A stretch of 64,000 bases of DNA from the NCBI GenBank assembly GCA_951406725.2, contig OX597815.1, forward strand, positions 135,656,001 through 135,720,000, written 5' to 3'. Under the pieces are notes generated by a model. The model did not search any database. It worked only from the letters and a program-made list of their open reading frames with translations, and was not told where the DNA came from. Each line of letters opens with the position of its first letter. The stretch's first letter is position 1. The DNA is from Octopus vulgaris. Its lineage: Eukaryota. This document shows, one piece after another, positions 12,703-26,099 of this stretch. The translations under genes and the position numbers were made by a program.

Positions 12703-13086
12703 GTGTGGAGGCGCAATGACCCAGTGGTTAGGGCAGCGGACTCGCGGTCGTAGGATCGTGGTTTCGATTCCCAGACCGGGCGTTGTGAGTGTTTATTGAG
12801 CGAAAACACCTAAAGATCCACGAGGCTCCGGCAGGGATGGTGGTGATTCCTGCTGTACTCTTTCACCACAACTTTCTCTCATTCTTACTTCCTGTTTCTT
12901 TTGAACCTGTATTTCAAGGGGCCGGCCTTGTCACTCTCTGTGTCACGCTGAATATCCCCGAGAACTACGTTAAGGCTACACGTGTCTGTGGAGTGCTCAG
13001 CCACTTACACGTTAATTTCACGAGCAGGCTGTTCCGTTGATCGGATCAACCGGAACCCTCGTCGTCGTAACCGACGGAGCGCTTCC
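12703..13086 (+). mobile_element. tRNA-derived SINE (family C), full length, with perfect 12-bp TSD
   Basis: A-box tgacccagtgg (12717-12727) and B-box gtttcgattcc (12761-12771) in a tRNA-like head, followed by a ~300-bp body. ataaagacttcg occurs at 12691-12702 and 13087-13098. Confidence 0.9.
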
Positions 13087-13201
13087 ATAAAGACTTCGAA
13101 CTTAGATTGTATAGGTATGAGGGAATTAAAGTAACGTAGCGCCGTTTCTGCCAGTTAACCGGTCAAATGTATTGATTAACTGATACTGGTAAAAGGCTTA
13201 C

Positions 13202-13507
13202 GGATATTTGTAGAGGACGAGTATAGTTGATGGATTAAATCTGTTTTTTCTTTTTTTGTCTTTTGATGGCTACAAATGGTGTACTCAGCTGTGCCTTGTG
13301 GTAATGACCTCGATGTTGTTGCTGCGGAGAAGGGCTGCACCAGCTACTCCACCTCGCGGGGCTCATTTCTCAGACGAGCCGCCGATATCCTGGTTTTGCA
13401 GAGAAAATCGGTGGTAGGAGGTCCAAGAACATTCTCACTATGTAACCGGTATTCGATTTACTGACCCCCGAGGACACTATATGTCAAAGGATTTCCTAGC
13501 GTAATAA
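13202..13507 (-). other. Candidate non-coding (5' UTR or lncRNA) exon of a minus-strand transcript
   Basis: Unique, GC-richer block. On the minus strand it is preceded by a long CT tract plus ttccaatag (AG at 13509-13508) and followed by gtaagc (13201-13196). All three frames entered from the acceptor hit stops. Confidence 0.3.
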
Positions 13508-13515
13508 CTATTGGA

Positions 13516-13518
<3 letters not shown>

Positions 13519-13567
<49 letters not shown>

Positions 13568-13645
13568 AGGAGAAAGAAAAAGAGAAAGAGAGAAAGAAGG
13601 AAGGAACAAGTGAGTAAGAGAGAAAAAGAAAGTGAAAAAGAGACG
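13519..13645. repeat. (GA)n microsatellite and purine-rich tract
   Basis: Direct reading. Confidence 0.95.
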
Positions 13646-13869
13646 AGTGGGAACAGGAATACGTAAGAAAACTACCCATAGAAATAAAGGCATGAAAGTT
13701 CTTAATACACACAAATATATACTTATACACGAATATAAATGGCTACTGCGGAAATAGGAGGTTTAAAACTCTTCCATTGGAAGACATTGGATATTACAGC
13801 TCTTACCACAAATACTTTCACTACAAACGTATTTAGCCCTCTTTATCTTAGGCGCTGTATAGAGAAGCA

Positions 13870-14035
13870 CATGTGCATCAAAGAAGTTTACTTTCTTACT
13901 AAATGGTCCCGGGTTCAGTCCCACTGCATGGCACATTTGGCGAATGTTTTCTGTAGCCACGGGCCGACCAAGGCCTTGTGAGCGGATTTAGTAGACGGAG
14001 ACTAAAAAAAAAGTACGACGGGTATGTGTGTGTGT

Positions 14036-14091
<56 letters not shown>

Positions 14092-14235
14092 TTGTGACTG
14101 TCCACCCACTACTGCTTGACAGCCGATGTTACGTCCCCATATCGGCAGGGGAAACTAAGTACTGGGGTCGATCCATTGCACTGGAAAATTCTTCAAGACG
14201 ATGCCCCAGTATAGCCGTAGATTAATGACTGAAAC
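13870..14235 (+). mobile_element. SINE family B (CORE-like, internal GT microsatellite)
   Basis: tcccgggttcagtcccactgcatggcacatttggcg...gggccgaccaaggccttgtgagcggattt...(GT)n...ccccagtatagccgtag; homologous to 34015-34412. Confidence 0.8.
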
Positions 14236-14251
14236 AATATTACACGGACAC

Positions 14252-14830
14252 TAAAGCGGCGAGCTGGCAGAAACGTTAGCACGCTGCTTTCTGAGTTCAA
14301 ATTCCGCCAAGGTCGACTTTGCCTTTCATCCTTTCGGGGACGATAAATTAAGTACTAGTTACGCACTGGGGTCGATGTAATCGACTTAATCCGTTTGTCT
14401 GTTCTTGTTTGTCCCCTCTGTGTTTAGCTCCTTGTGGACAATAAAGAAATAAGAAACGTTAGCACGCCGGGTGAAATGCGTAGGCGTATTTCATCTGCTG
14501 CTACGTTCTGAGTTCAAATTCCGACGAGGTCGACTTTGCCTTTCATCCTTTCGGGGTCGATTAAATAAGTACCAGTTACGCACTGGGGTTGATATAATGG
14601 ACTTAATTCGTTTGTCTGTCCTTGTTTGTCCTCTCTGTGTGGGTAGTAAAGAAATAGGTATTTCGTCTGTCTTTTATGTTCTGAGTTCAAATCCCGCCGA
14701 GGTCGACTTTGCTTTTCATCCTTTTGGAGTCGCTGAATTAAGTACCAGTTGCGTACTGGGCCTATGCAATCGACTGGCACCCTCCCCACAAAATTTCAAG
14801 CCATGTGCCTAGAGTAGAAAAGAATATTAC
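14252..14830 (+). mobile_element. Multimeric SINE family A (three modules)
   Basis: The motif ttctgagttcaaat..cgccgaggtcgactttgc recurs at about 14289, 14506 and 14679. Confidence 0.9.
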
Positions 14831-14939
14831 ACACACACACAAATCAATTTATGGAGTGACAGGTGAGCGTAAGATAAAAGTATAAACATGTAACGTAGAC
14901 ACACAAGCCTATGTATGCGCGCGCATATATATATTCTTT

Positions 14940-15213
14940 AACTCTTTTATTCGTTTACCTACTTCAGTCATTTGACTGCGGCCATGCTGGAGCACCGCCT
15001 TTTATCGACTTATTCTTTGTAAGCCTAGTACTTATTCTATTGGTCTGTTTTGCCGAACCGCTAACTTACTGGGATATAAACACATCAGCATCGGTTGTCA
15101 AGCGGTGTTGGAGGACAAACACAGACGCACAAACAAACACACACAGACACACACACACACACAAACACACACAAACACACATACACACACAAACGCACAC
15201 ACGCACAAACACA

Positions 15214-15272
<59 letters not shown>

Positions 15273-15440
15273 GTAGGACGGGCTTCTTTCAGTTTCTGTC
15301 TATTAAATACACTCACAAGGGTTTCGTCGGTCCGAGGCTATAGTAGTAGAAGACACTTGCCCAAGGTGCTACACAGTGGGACTGAACCCGGATGCATGTG
15401 GTTGCGAAGCAAGCTACTTACCACACAGCCACTACTGCGA
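14940..15440 (-). mobile_element. SINE family B with expanded internal (CA)n
   Basis: ttcagtcatttgactgcggccatgctggagcaccgcct...agaagacacttgcccaaggtg...gggactgaacccgg...ccacacagccac. Confidence 0.9.
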
Positions 15441-15446
15441 GACACA

Positions 15447-15487
<41 letters not shown>

Positions 15488-15488
15488 G

Positions 15489-15534
<46 letters not shown>

Positions 15535-15698
15535 CACACACACACACACACACGCACGCATACATACACTGCTAATATGCAAACCCATATAAATTATCTA
15601 TTTTTATTGGGGAAAAATTCTGTGAAAATAACAATTAGTAAAAAGAGAAAAGAAACGGTTCCTCACACCTATTTCCTTGCCGCCACCACAAAACCACG

Positions 15699-15742
<44 letters not shown>

Positions 15743-15812
15743 CACTACCACTACTACTACCACTACTACTACTACTATTACTACTACTACTACCACCACC
15801 ACCACCACCACC

Positions 15813-15850
<38 letters not shown>

Positions 15851-15911
15851 CACTACTACTACTACCACTACTACTACTATTACTACTACTACCACCACCA
15901 CCACCACCACC

Positions 15912-15970
<59 letters not shown>

Positions 15971-16044
15971 CATTACTACTACTATTACTACTACCACCAC
16001 CGCCACCACCACCACCACCACCACCACCACAACCACTACCACCA

Positions 16045-16121
<77 letters not shown>
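15699..16121. repeat. Compound (CTA)n/(CCA)n trinucleotide microsatellite
   Basis: Alternating CTA and CCA blocks; source of the poly-Y/H/L/P/V pseudo-ORFs. Confidence 0.95.
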
Positions 16122-16523
16122 GCTATCACGTTCAAAACTAACCAACACCACCACCAAAATCACACCGCAACCACCAAACTGTCATTACCACAACCATCAC
16201 CACTAACACCACTACCGCCTTAGTCATCACTGTCACAATCCCCCCTAACTCTACGACGACTACCAAGAGCTTTATCACCGCAAACACAACCGTCACAACT
16301 GTAATCAGCACTATCACCAACCACCACAATCACCACCACCACCACAACCACCACCACAACCACCACCACAACCACCACCACAACCACCACCACCACAACC
16401 ACCACAATCACCACCACCTCGTAGTCTCTGAAATATGTCAAGTAATTTAAGGGTTACAAATGATGGATTTAATCGAGATGTAGGAATTGTGTATTTGTCT
16501 GTGTGTTTGAGCGCCTGCGCGTG

Positions 16524-16569
<46 letters not shown>

Positions 16570-16786
16570 ACAGAGCGCGCGCGCGTGTGTGTATGTGTTT
16601 GTGTGTGTGTAAAAGTGTATGTAAAAGTGTTGAGTGGTGGAAAGGGAAATTAATATAGACACTCTCTTACATTATTTACACACACACGCGTACCATAGAC
16701 ACACACGCACTCATCTTTGTATTAGTTGGCTGGTCCACACGTACACACACACACACACAAAATTAAACATACGCACACACAGACAC

Positions 16787-16833
<47 letters not shown>

Positions 16834-16894
16834 GGAGTAAACACATAAATGTGAAACAAGGTGGAAAAAAGAATTTTCTGCTGCTTTAAATAAA

Positions 16895-16934
<40 letters not shown>

Positions 16935-17058
16935 GCAGTTATATTTGAGCACACACACATTACACAGAAACACAATTATATACGCACGCATACACACGCA
17001 CACACACACACGCACACACACGATGATACATGCACAGGCTGATGTAAAGCGGATTTAA

Positions 17059-17109
<51 letters not shown>

Positions 17110-17150
17110 CTTTCTGACACATATGCACACACAAGACACAAGACACTTAC

Positions 17151-17460
17151 AGCGCGCGCACACACACACACACACACAAGACACAAACAGCGTAGTGACT
17201 GTGGTGGTTGAGGAAGTTTGTAAGTTTGTAAGCTGGGTGGCACGCAAGCATTGAAAGCCCGTGAAGTGACGCTGATGGTGGTAGTGACACTGATGATGGT
17301 GGTGGTGGGAGTGTTGGAGATCGTGTCGACGGTATTAACGACGGCTGTGACGGAAAAAAGAAGTTAGTAGAACGGGGGAGGGAGCTAGAAGAATGGGAAG
17401 GAGAAGCTGGCACAGAAGCTGGTAGAAGCTGGAAAGGGGGGGTTTCACAGTGATGATGTG
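17151..17460 (-). other. Candidate upstream non-coding exon or promoter-proximal region of a minus-strand transcript
   Basis: Unique CpG-containing block in a transposon-poor zone (about 16.4-18.1 kb). Minus-strand donor gtaagtg at 17150-17144, another gtaagtt at 17467-17461, and CT-rich sequence upstream. Confidence 0.25.
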
Positions 17461-17857
17461 AACTTACATTAAAAATAATAGTTTTTTATTTTTTTGTGGG
17501 GGGAGTAGGGAGAGGCTGGGTTGCTAGCGGTGAGTGATGCAAATATAATAAAATAAATAAATAAGTGAAACATTAAATGAGGGCAAGTACAGAGAAAGAA
17601 AAAAGAGGCAAAGGTGGAGGAGGAGGAGGAAAGGACAGAGATAAGGATAAAGAGGCGGAAACAGAGAACAGCAGACTGTAGATAAGAGAGAGAGAGAGAG
17701 AAAGAGAGAGAAAGAGGGGAAAATGAGGGAAGGGGAAAATGAGGGAAGGGGAAAATGAAGGGAAGTGAGAAAGAGAAAAAGTGGGCGGGTTTTTAACAGA
17801 GAAAAAATATAAAGGGGCGGATACGACAAACAGAAAAGGGGAATAATGCAAAATAAA

Positions 17858-17889
<32 letters not shown>

Positions 17890-18119
17890 GCGGGTGAAAA
17901 CGGAGCCTTGAAAGGGGATTTCTGTAATTTTATTATAATTTTTTTTTTAAAGAAATTTGTTAACGTTGAAACTGCAGTTTTGAAATAAAGGTTCGCGATC
18001 GAATCTAGAATAGATAAATGTTGATATTCAGTTTTAATTTGTGCATGTTGTTGTTGCCTCCAGGGAAGAAGTGCAGATTGGACAATCCACTCCATGAACC
18101 CCTTAATTTATGAAATGAC

Positions 18120-18660
18120 ACGATGGCCACGGCTGGAACATTTCTAATCGTAGATTTGCTCAATCAGAGTTCATTAAGGGCAAAGCAATAACAGTAGTAG
18201 TAGTAGTGATGCCTAGTTCATGATCTTTGGATTTGCTGAGATTAGTAGCCAAATATCCATCAAATCATACCCAACCGATTTAAATAAATAAAGGCTATTT
18301 TCGATGATATGGCCCCAAAAGTATCTTTAAAAGATGAAATGGTCACAATTGGAATGCTTTAATCATAAGCCTACTCTATCAGTATTGATCCGGGGGTCAA
18401 ATAACAACGTTCGAGAACGAAAATGAAACCCCAAGAGAGCTTTTACTTGCTTGCTCGACGAGCAAGTAGTTAGAAGTTACAACTAAATTCCCCTCATATC
18501 GCACCTTACAATGTGAAAAAAAAAAATCAAATAGAAAAAAACAAACAAAAAACAAAACAGAAAAAAACAAAGGAAGGACGCTTTAAGGACGTGACTTAGA
18601 GTTAGAACATTTCTGCGCAAAGATCTGCTGGATCAGGGCTGACGTGGGACTTTACAATAA
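18120..18660 (+). repeat. Old degenerate interspersed repeat, 2-3 tandem copies (related pieces near 39880-40000 and 63050-63215)
   Basis: Recurring gccaaat..ccctca.atcacacc and tggtcac..(c/t)tggaatg...gatcagggctgac(c)tgggg..aacaac motifs. Confidence 0.45.
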
Positions 18661-18980
18661 ATTCCAAAAGGTTTCGGTTTCTGAAAACAAAAGGTTCGGA
18701 TAAAAAATGTATAATCAGGACAATCGGAACAGCAGCTGCATGTATAACGGGTGGAGATGGAGTTGGTACGGCTTGTTAGTTGAGAGAAGCAGTAACATTT
18801 TGGTACCAGTAGTAGTCAGATCGGAAACATCATATGTTAATGATTTGTGAAGTATTGTAAATCAACTGGATGGACTTTTAATCCATATTAATATTCACCA
18901 TTTATTTCATTTTTTTCTTTTTGCATGCGGTTTACTATGTTTGTGTGTAGTAGCAATGATCCTCAAAATTTATTACTCCC

Positions 18981-19104
<124 letters not shown>

Positions 19105-19599
19105 AGGCGGATCTGTTCATTCTCCATTGCCCTAACCTCCGTTACGAACACCCATAACATTAAAATAGTTCTAATTCCCAAAGCTTAAAAATGAGATGAA
19201 TACATTAATTTAATAAATATAACATTATGATGATGAATAATAATTAAGATAAAGACCAAAAGCTAATGCTTGCAAAAAAGTATGCATTAACACAAATTTT
19301 ATAATTCATCTTTCACTCTCTTCATCGTATGTGAGTGTATGTTTGTGTGTATGCTAGCGTGTACATGTCCAAAACTAGCAATAAATATATGCGTATGTAC
19401 ACACACACATACACACATACATGTATATATATATATATGATATACATACCTACCACCACCACATATATGCATTTATGGTCCGTATTAAAGACATTTGAAG
19501 GGCTTCACAAATAATAATAAAAAAGACAAAAATTGCTGGTATGTTGAATCTTGGTTGTTCGAAGGTTTTCTGATTTGTGTGTTCACTTTGCTATCTTTT

Positions 19600-20560
19600 C
19601 AGTGTTTATGAAATCTTTGTTTGTTTCACTTGATTTTAAAAAGTAATTAAAATTGTATTTGGAAAATTAGATGATATTATATTGAGATATTAATAATCTT
19701 AATAATCGATACAATATACAGATTTAATGCATAAAATAAAAAGAGTTAGGTACCTTTTGTTGTATTGGACTTAATAGTTACATTCATATGACTTCAGCTT
19801 TACAACGTTTCTGTTAGTTTCTGAATCTTTCATGTGCAATTAATTATGTTTTTCTGATCTCTTTCATACAAGTCCAACGGCAATTTACATATATGTAAAA
19901 CGACGTTGTGAAAATATCTTCTGATATGTATGTATGTGGGGAACGCGGTATTAATTTTTGCAGGTGGGTTGTTAGAATTGAATCAAATCAAGTATAGGGA
20001 AATTGGGATAGATGATCTCTATTTGGGGATAAAAATAATTATTACTCATCATACTGTCAGTGTCAACTTGCTGAACATAGTTCTAAGTGTTTATTAATGA
20101 GTTTTTTGTTGCAAATAATATTTCATACGTTTCCGTTGCGCATAAATTGTAAGTTTTCTTATCGTCATAGTAAAACTCCTCAGCTGATGGTGTTCCAGCC
20201 AATGTTACATGGTGCATACATATTGTTTATGGTACACATGTAAGAATATAAAGATGTGTCGTTACTTGTGCTTATACAAATAATGGTTGTGGGTTGGCTT
20301 CGAAATGAAACACTTATTTTGATTGATTTTTTAAATTTCTTATTAGATTCATGATGATTAATTAGTTGTTTGAAGAAGCAAGTATTTGGATAGATATGAT
20401 TATGACAATTTAACTATTGTTGTTGAACATTTTGTAAAAAAATTTTTGAATGGGCTGATATACTTAGTGATCAATTTGTGTTGCTGAATTTGCTACTGAA
20501 AGATTTGAAAAGGAAGGTTGTACCAAATTATATTCTGTTTCATTTAATTTACTCTTGTTA
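19600..20560 (-). mobile_element. Highly decayed Penelope-like element fragments
   Basis: Minus translation gives NIIWYNLPF (~20535; PLE IIWFNPP), KTYNLCATETYEIL...NKHLELCSAS*H (~20160-20060; PLE C-terminal CNLC..EK...NKR.EL.S.CRH) and SNNPP (~19975; SNHPP). The order implies at least two fragments. Confidence 0.5.
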
Positions 20561-21465
20561 GTACTTCCCTTGTTTTCATTAGATACAGTTTTCACATCGT
20601 ATCAAGGCGTCATTATAATGCCTTGCGATATCATGAAACAGTTGTTTACTTGTACTGAAGTTAGGCAATTAGCCATAAGGCGGTCATAATTATTGATTAC
20701 ATTGAGTCCGTATTGCATTGGGAATATAACTGTTCCTTAATTCATACTCTACTCGCACACCACATACAAATAATGGATATGTGCATATTCTCACCATCAA
20801 ATAAACGATATGCATATCATCAAATAAATCATATGCATACATTCTCATCAAATTTACTTGCATAGAAGAGGTAGGATGAACGTGTGTCCTGCATTTTAAG
20901 AGGTTCACGTCGTTGCGCGAACCCCGTGAACAGAAAATACATCGTATGAATGTAACTGTAAGTTCGATACAATCAAAGAAGCATTAGTCCCTATATTTCT
21001 AAAATAGACACGTTTCTATATCAATATCCTCAAACGTTTACACACCATAATCACCTTCCAATTCTTATATCGATGCCAATGAAATCAATATCTAAATATA
21101 TTAATACAATACTTGATATTCTCAGTACAATTATAACAGCAATTTTATCTATTAAGTTTCATGTGGTTGGTCACTTGATAACAGTAACATGATTAATCGT
21201 TGACTAGAAAACCCTTATAACGATTAAGGGACATTGCTTGAATTATTATTATTTTTTGGTCTTTCTTATTTGTATAGTCGCTTACATTCTTTTATTGAGC
21301 ACTAATCTCATGATCTAAATTTTCCTCTAGAGACTACTTTTAACACAAAATTACAAAGATTTCCTCGTTACTTCAAAACAAGTATATTTAGATGGAGTAA
21401 GGTGGATGTATGTAGTATCAGATCGTTCAACCAATATATATATATACATACATACATACATACAT

Positions 21466-21525
<60 letters not shown>

Positions 21526-21630
21526 TGTCACATGACCACGTGACCGACCAGAACATCAGTGTGTATTTTACTCGTTTCATTTACTGGATTGCAGCCATAG
21601 CGGGCACTGTTTATTATTGCTTTATTTGCG

Positions 21631-23299
21631 CAATGGTTCCCAACGAATTTACCTCATGCCCCCCCCCCCCTTTAGGATCTTTAAATTTTTCTGCGGGCCT
21701 CTAAATATCATAAATGAAAACATATTTCAATTTTGTAACAAATAGTAAATTGTAGAAACCGATCACCTATGAAAAAATTAAGAACTTAAAAATAAATTTT
21801 GTAAATTTCGAATTGTTGCAAAATTTTAATTTTTAATTGTTTTAAATTAGTTTCATTATCAGGAAAATTTATTTCAATGAATATTTAAAAATCGATAATA
21901 TGTCATGGAAACAATTTACGAACAAAAATTTATAATAGACATTAGAATTTTTTTTCAGCAGTGACCTGTTTTCTAACATCAACATTATAAACTCCATAAA
22001 AATATCAACGTCTATCAATTACACATTTATTCTCTATTATATTCTCTATATTTCAGAAAAAAAAAGTGGGTTCATGAAACAACCGTTCACAAACGTACAT
22101 TATTTTTTGCGATATAACACAAACTTTCATTGCCATCATAAGTTTATAACTTCTGAAAGATAATCATGTTTTTTGCACAAAAAATATTTTAGTAAAATAC
22201 AACGATATATCATATAAACTTTTTACTGAATTCATTCAATGAGGTCATTGTGACTGAGGCAGTTTTGCACGCTTCTCGATATCATTGTCAATGGTTTGCG
22301 ACTAATGAAGATCATCTCAACTTACAACTTATTAGCTGAGTGTGAACTTTTGATAATAGGAAAGGTACTCAGCTAAAATTTGATTCAACTAGAACAAGCA
22401 ATGAGTTATAATTTTACTTTCTGCCAAAGCAATGTGGATGCCATAACAATTTCACTGCTTGTTGACATGTTATTGAACCTATGATTAAATTTAGCTTAAA
22501 TAGTCGGATTATTCTGTAGCCCAGTAAGGCTTTCTTGTTGTCTGATATGTCCCAAACGAGTTTACCACCCAATTTGGAAAGTTCATTTCCAGATCATTGA
22601 ACCTAATTTCTTTATCATTCTGCAATTTTTTTCAAGTGTTGGGTGTACACTGAGATATAACCCTTTTGCAGCTCCTTCTCAGTAGTGGAAAGGGATCGAA
22701 AATGCATCAACCCCTTACTAATATCTATCTTGAATAGATCTAATTTTCGAAAAAAAAAAAAAAAAGCTCTTGTAGCTTCTTTGCAAATTAATAGATTTAT
22801 ATTTTTACCTTGTAACTTTGTTCAGTAAATTTAGCTTTTTAAATATATCCAAAAGTCACATTTGGCAGCTAAGACTTGTTCTTCAAGCATTTTGCCATTC
22901 AGAAACATTACACTGTCCGAAAGTTCAACAAAGTGACTCAAAGAGTGTCACCGGATGTGTAAACTTCAAATTCAGTAACGTAATATTTAATTCATGCAAT
23001 ACTTTCCAATGCCACCTTAATACTTTATTCATCAATGATAAATTATTATCGAAGTGTCAAATGAATCCTTTTTCCTGTTATGACGAAACTTAAGATACAG
23101 AAAAATACATTGTGTGTCTGTGTGTCTGTGTGTGTGCGTGTCTTTTTGTAAGTTTCAATAGTTACAGACAGTAATAGAAAATTTTAGGAAGAAATAGAGT
23201 GGTAGCTATGTACCCCACATCATTCAACCTGTGTCCCAATTCTCAAATTTTTCTGTGACACCAGTGAACTTTGTCGTAGACCTAGGCTGGGAAATACTG
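21631..23299 (-). mobile_element. Internally deleted Buster/Charlie-type hAT transposon with both termini
   Basis: Imperfect TIRs CAATGGTTCCCAAC (21631) and CAGTATTTCCCAGC (reverse complement, ending 23299). Minus translation of 22640-22240 gives RFNDLEMNFPNWVVNSF, LLWQKVKL and NDIEKRAKLPQSQ*PH*, typical of a Buster C-terminus. No 8-bp TSD match. Confidence 0.7.
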
Positions 23300-23777
23300 T
23301 TTTAGTCGATGATAGCGACCCTAGAATTTAATTTTGGACCTGGATATCATCTTATCAAATATTAATAGTTGAACCTCGAAGTTACGGGATACAAAAAAAA
23401 CGGCCACAAAAATGAAAATAATAATAAAAGCAAATTCTTGGTTTAGAGTGGTGTCAACGGAAAAGCAGGTATTGACATACCAACACACACACACACACAT
23501 AACGTTCTTGATCACATACACAACACTTATGAACACACATGCGCACACACACACACAATTGGTTTGCCGAAGGTTTGCTTTTATCGTTAGTCTTCTTGAA
23601 GTTATAGGTGAAAATACTTACCTAAGATGTCATACAGGTGCAGTCGAACTTGAAACCATGTGAACGTGAAAACGAATTTCTTAAAGACACTTCCATGCCT
23701 GCTCATATAGACATACATATACGTTCACACACTCATATACAAACACGTGTAAGTGTGTATACACATCTATGTGCATG

Positions 23778-23915
23778 TTGGCAAATTAAATTTAAATGTT
23801 GAAGTGAATCTAACGGTTTTTGTGTGTTTCTTAAAAGGCTTCCACGCTGCAATTATTTTCCTTCCAGCACACGATCTCAGATCAGGTCACTTGCTATGCA
23901 AGTACATCTCCGTAA
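23778..23915 (+). mobile_element. 3' end of the Penelope-type pseudo-LTR family also at 41890-42197
   Basis: caaattaaatttaaatgttgaagtgaatctaacgg...cacgatctcagatcaggtcacttgctatgcaagtacatctc is the reverse complement of 41890-42020 and runs into (TA)n/(TACA)n. Confidence 0.75.
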
Positions 23916-24029
23916 CACACACATATATATATATATATATACATTCCTACATACATACATACATACATACATACATACATACATACATACATACATACAT
24001 ACATACATACACATACATACATACATACA

Positions 24030-24088
<59 letters not shown>

Positions 24089-24627
24089 GATGGTGGACTG
24101 AAATATTACTGTAATCAAGGTTTTAGCTTAGTCATGTATTTTGACACAAGTAACAGATTGTTCCATAGTTTTAATGCAAATTTACGTAACACCATGGCTG
24201 TGGAGTAGTTACAAGTAGTCACAAACACTGAGTGTGTGTCTGTGCGTGCTTGTATATACATGTATGTGTGTGTGTGTGTGTATGTGTGTGAGTGTGAGTG
24301 TCTGCGTAATATTTATTTCCTTACGTTCATATACATCAGTATGGTGTTTTATTAACATTACATATGGAAACGGGCAACATGCAAACATATTCAACTTACC
24401 TGCAGCAATACTGTCAGACACACAAACACACAGATGCTTGTGTTTCAGTGTAAGCAAAACGAAGAAGCTGATAAAAAGTTTCTTGGCACCGAACTTCTGT
24501 CTTACCGTTAAAAATTCCGTATATATTTTAATTTATTAAAATAGGTAATGATAAGTACATCAACAACAATAATAATTATAATCGTTATAGTTATAATCGT
24601 GTATAAGTATGTGTATGTGTATGTATG

Positions 24628-24945
24628 TCATTATCGTCATTTAACGTCCGATTTCCATGCTGGCATGGGTCGAACGGTTTGACTGAAAACTGGAGTGCTG
24701 CACCAGGTTTCATTCAGTCTGATTGGGTTTTGGTTTCTACAGCTGGATGCCCTTCCTAACGCCAACCACTCCGAGAGTGTTGTGAGTGTGCTTTTTACGT
24801 CCCACTGGCACGGGTGTCAGTTACGAGACACCGGCATCGGCCACGACAACGATCTCATCTGGCTTGACAGGTCTTCTCAAGAACGGTCTTTTGTCAAAGG
24901 CCTCCGTCACTTGTCGCTGCCTCCGTGAGGTCCAAAGTTTGAAGC
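24628..24945 (-). mobile_element. SINE-like or RTE-associated element (family E)
   Basis: Minus strand carries ggttggcgttaggaagggcatccagctgtagaaacc, a motif shared by RTE UTRs and RTE-related SINEs, and ends gacgttaaatgacgataatga. Confidence 0.55.
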
Positions 24946-25149
24946 GTATTTATGAATTTCATCAAATACATGCATGAAACTCCCAGCGATACACTGTAAA
25001 AAAAGCTTTCGCTTAAGTATACATATAAGAGAGAAAGAGAGAGAGAGGGGGAATAAAGAGAGAGAGAGAGAAAAAGAGAGAGAGAAAAAAAGAGAGAGAG
25101 AGAGAGAGAGTTACAAATAGTAAGGAAAGAGAGAGTTGTAAATAGTGAG

Positions 25150-25294
25150 AGAAAATTTAGGGAAGAAACAGAGTGGCAGTTGTGTGGCTCCTTTCATTGA
25201 GCCTGTGGCCCTTTTCAATGAGCCAGTGTCCCAGTTCCCAAATTTTTATGTGAGACCTCTGAACTTTTCCGTATAACCATGTTGGGAAATGCGG
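25150..25294 (-). mobile_element. Second copy of the Buster-type terminal region
   Basis: Aligns with 23177-23299: aattt(t)agg(g)aagaaa.agagtgg.ag...gtgtccca.ttc.caaatttt..tgtga..cc..tgaacttt..cgta...tgggaaat. Confidence 0.65.
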
Positions 25295-25344
25295 CTTTAG
25301 TTGAAGACATTGACCCTAGAATTTATTTTAAAATCTGGATACTT

Positions 25345-25381
25345 TGAAGAAAAGAGAGAAAGAGAAGAAAAAGAAAGAAAA

Positions 25382-25412
<31 letters not shown>

Positions 25413-25634
25413 AAAAAAAAGAGATAGAGAGAAAAGAGAGAGAGAGCGAGTGAGAAAAAGGAAGAGAGAAGTAGAGAGAAAGAGAGAAAAAGAAAGAGAG
25501 AGAGAGAGGGATAAAGAGAAAAAGAGAGAGTGAGCTAGGGAGAAAAGAGAGAGAGATAGTGAGAGAAAAAGAAAGAGAAAGAATAGGAATAGAAAAAGAG
25601 AGATATATAGAGAAAAAGAAGTAGATAGATAGAA

Positions 25635-25669
<35 letters not shown>

Positions 25670-25893
25670 AAAATAGAAATAAACAGAGACAAAGAAAGAG
25701 AGAGAGAAAGAGAGTAAGAGAGAAAAGAGAGAAATAGAGAAATAAGAGAGAGAGAAAAGAAAGAGTGATAGAGAGAGATAGAGAAAGAGAGAGAAAGTGT
25801 GCGATAAAGTGTGTGTGTGTGTGTGTGTGCGTGTGAGCGTGTGTGTGTGTTTGTGTGTGTGTGTGTGTTGTGTGTGTGTGTGTGTGTTTGTGT

Positions 25894-25933
<40 letters not shown>

Positions 25934-25944
25934 ATGTGTGAAAC

Positions 25945-26007
<63 letters not shown>
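25345..26007. repeat. Long compound GA-rich/(GT)n/(GA)n microsatellite
   Basis: Direct reading. Confidence 0.95.
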
Positions 26008-26010
<3 letters not shown>

Positions 26011-26099
26011 ACACCGAGTTCACATGTAGAGTTATTGCAAAAACTATTCAAACAAGGAAAAACTCAAATAGCGAAAAATGATTTGAAAATAAATGAAAA

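Noticed and set aside
12707-12785. tRNA gene
   Set aside because: It has A/B boxes but an imperfect cloverleaf, continues into a 300-bp body, and is enclosed by a TSD, so it is a SINE head.
15095-16441. Long ORFs (up to 276 aa) rich in HT, L, P, V, Y
   Set aside because: They are translations of (CA)n and (CTA/CCA)n microsatellites, open in several frames on both strands.
25297-26081. ORFs of 131-242 aa
   Set aside because: GA/GT microsatellite artefacts.
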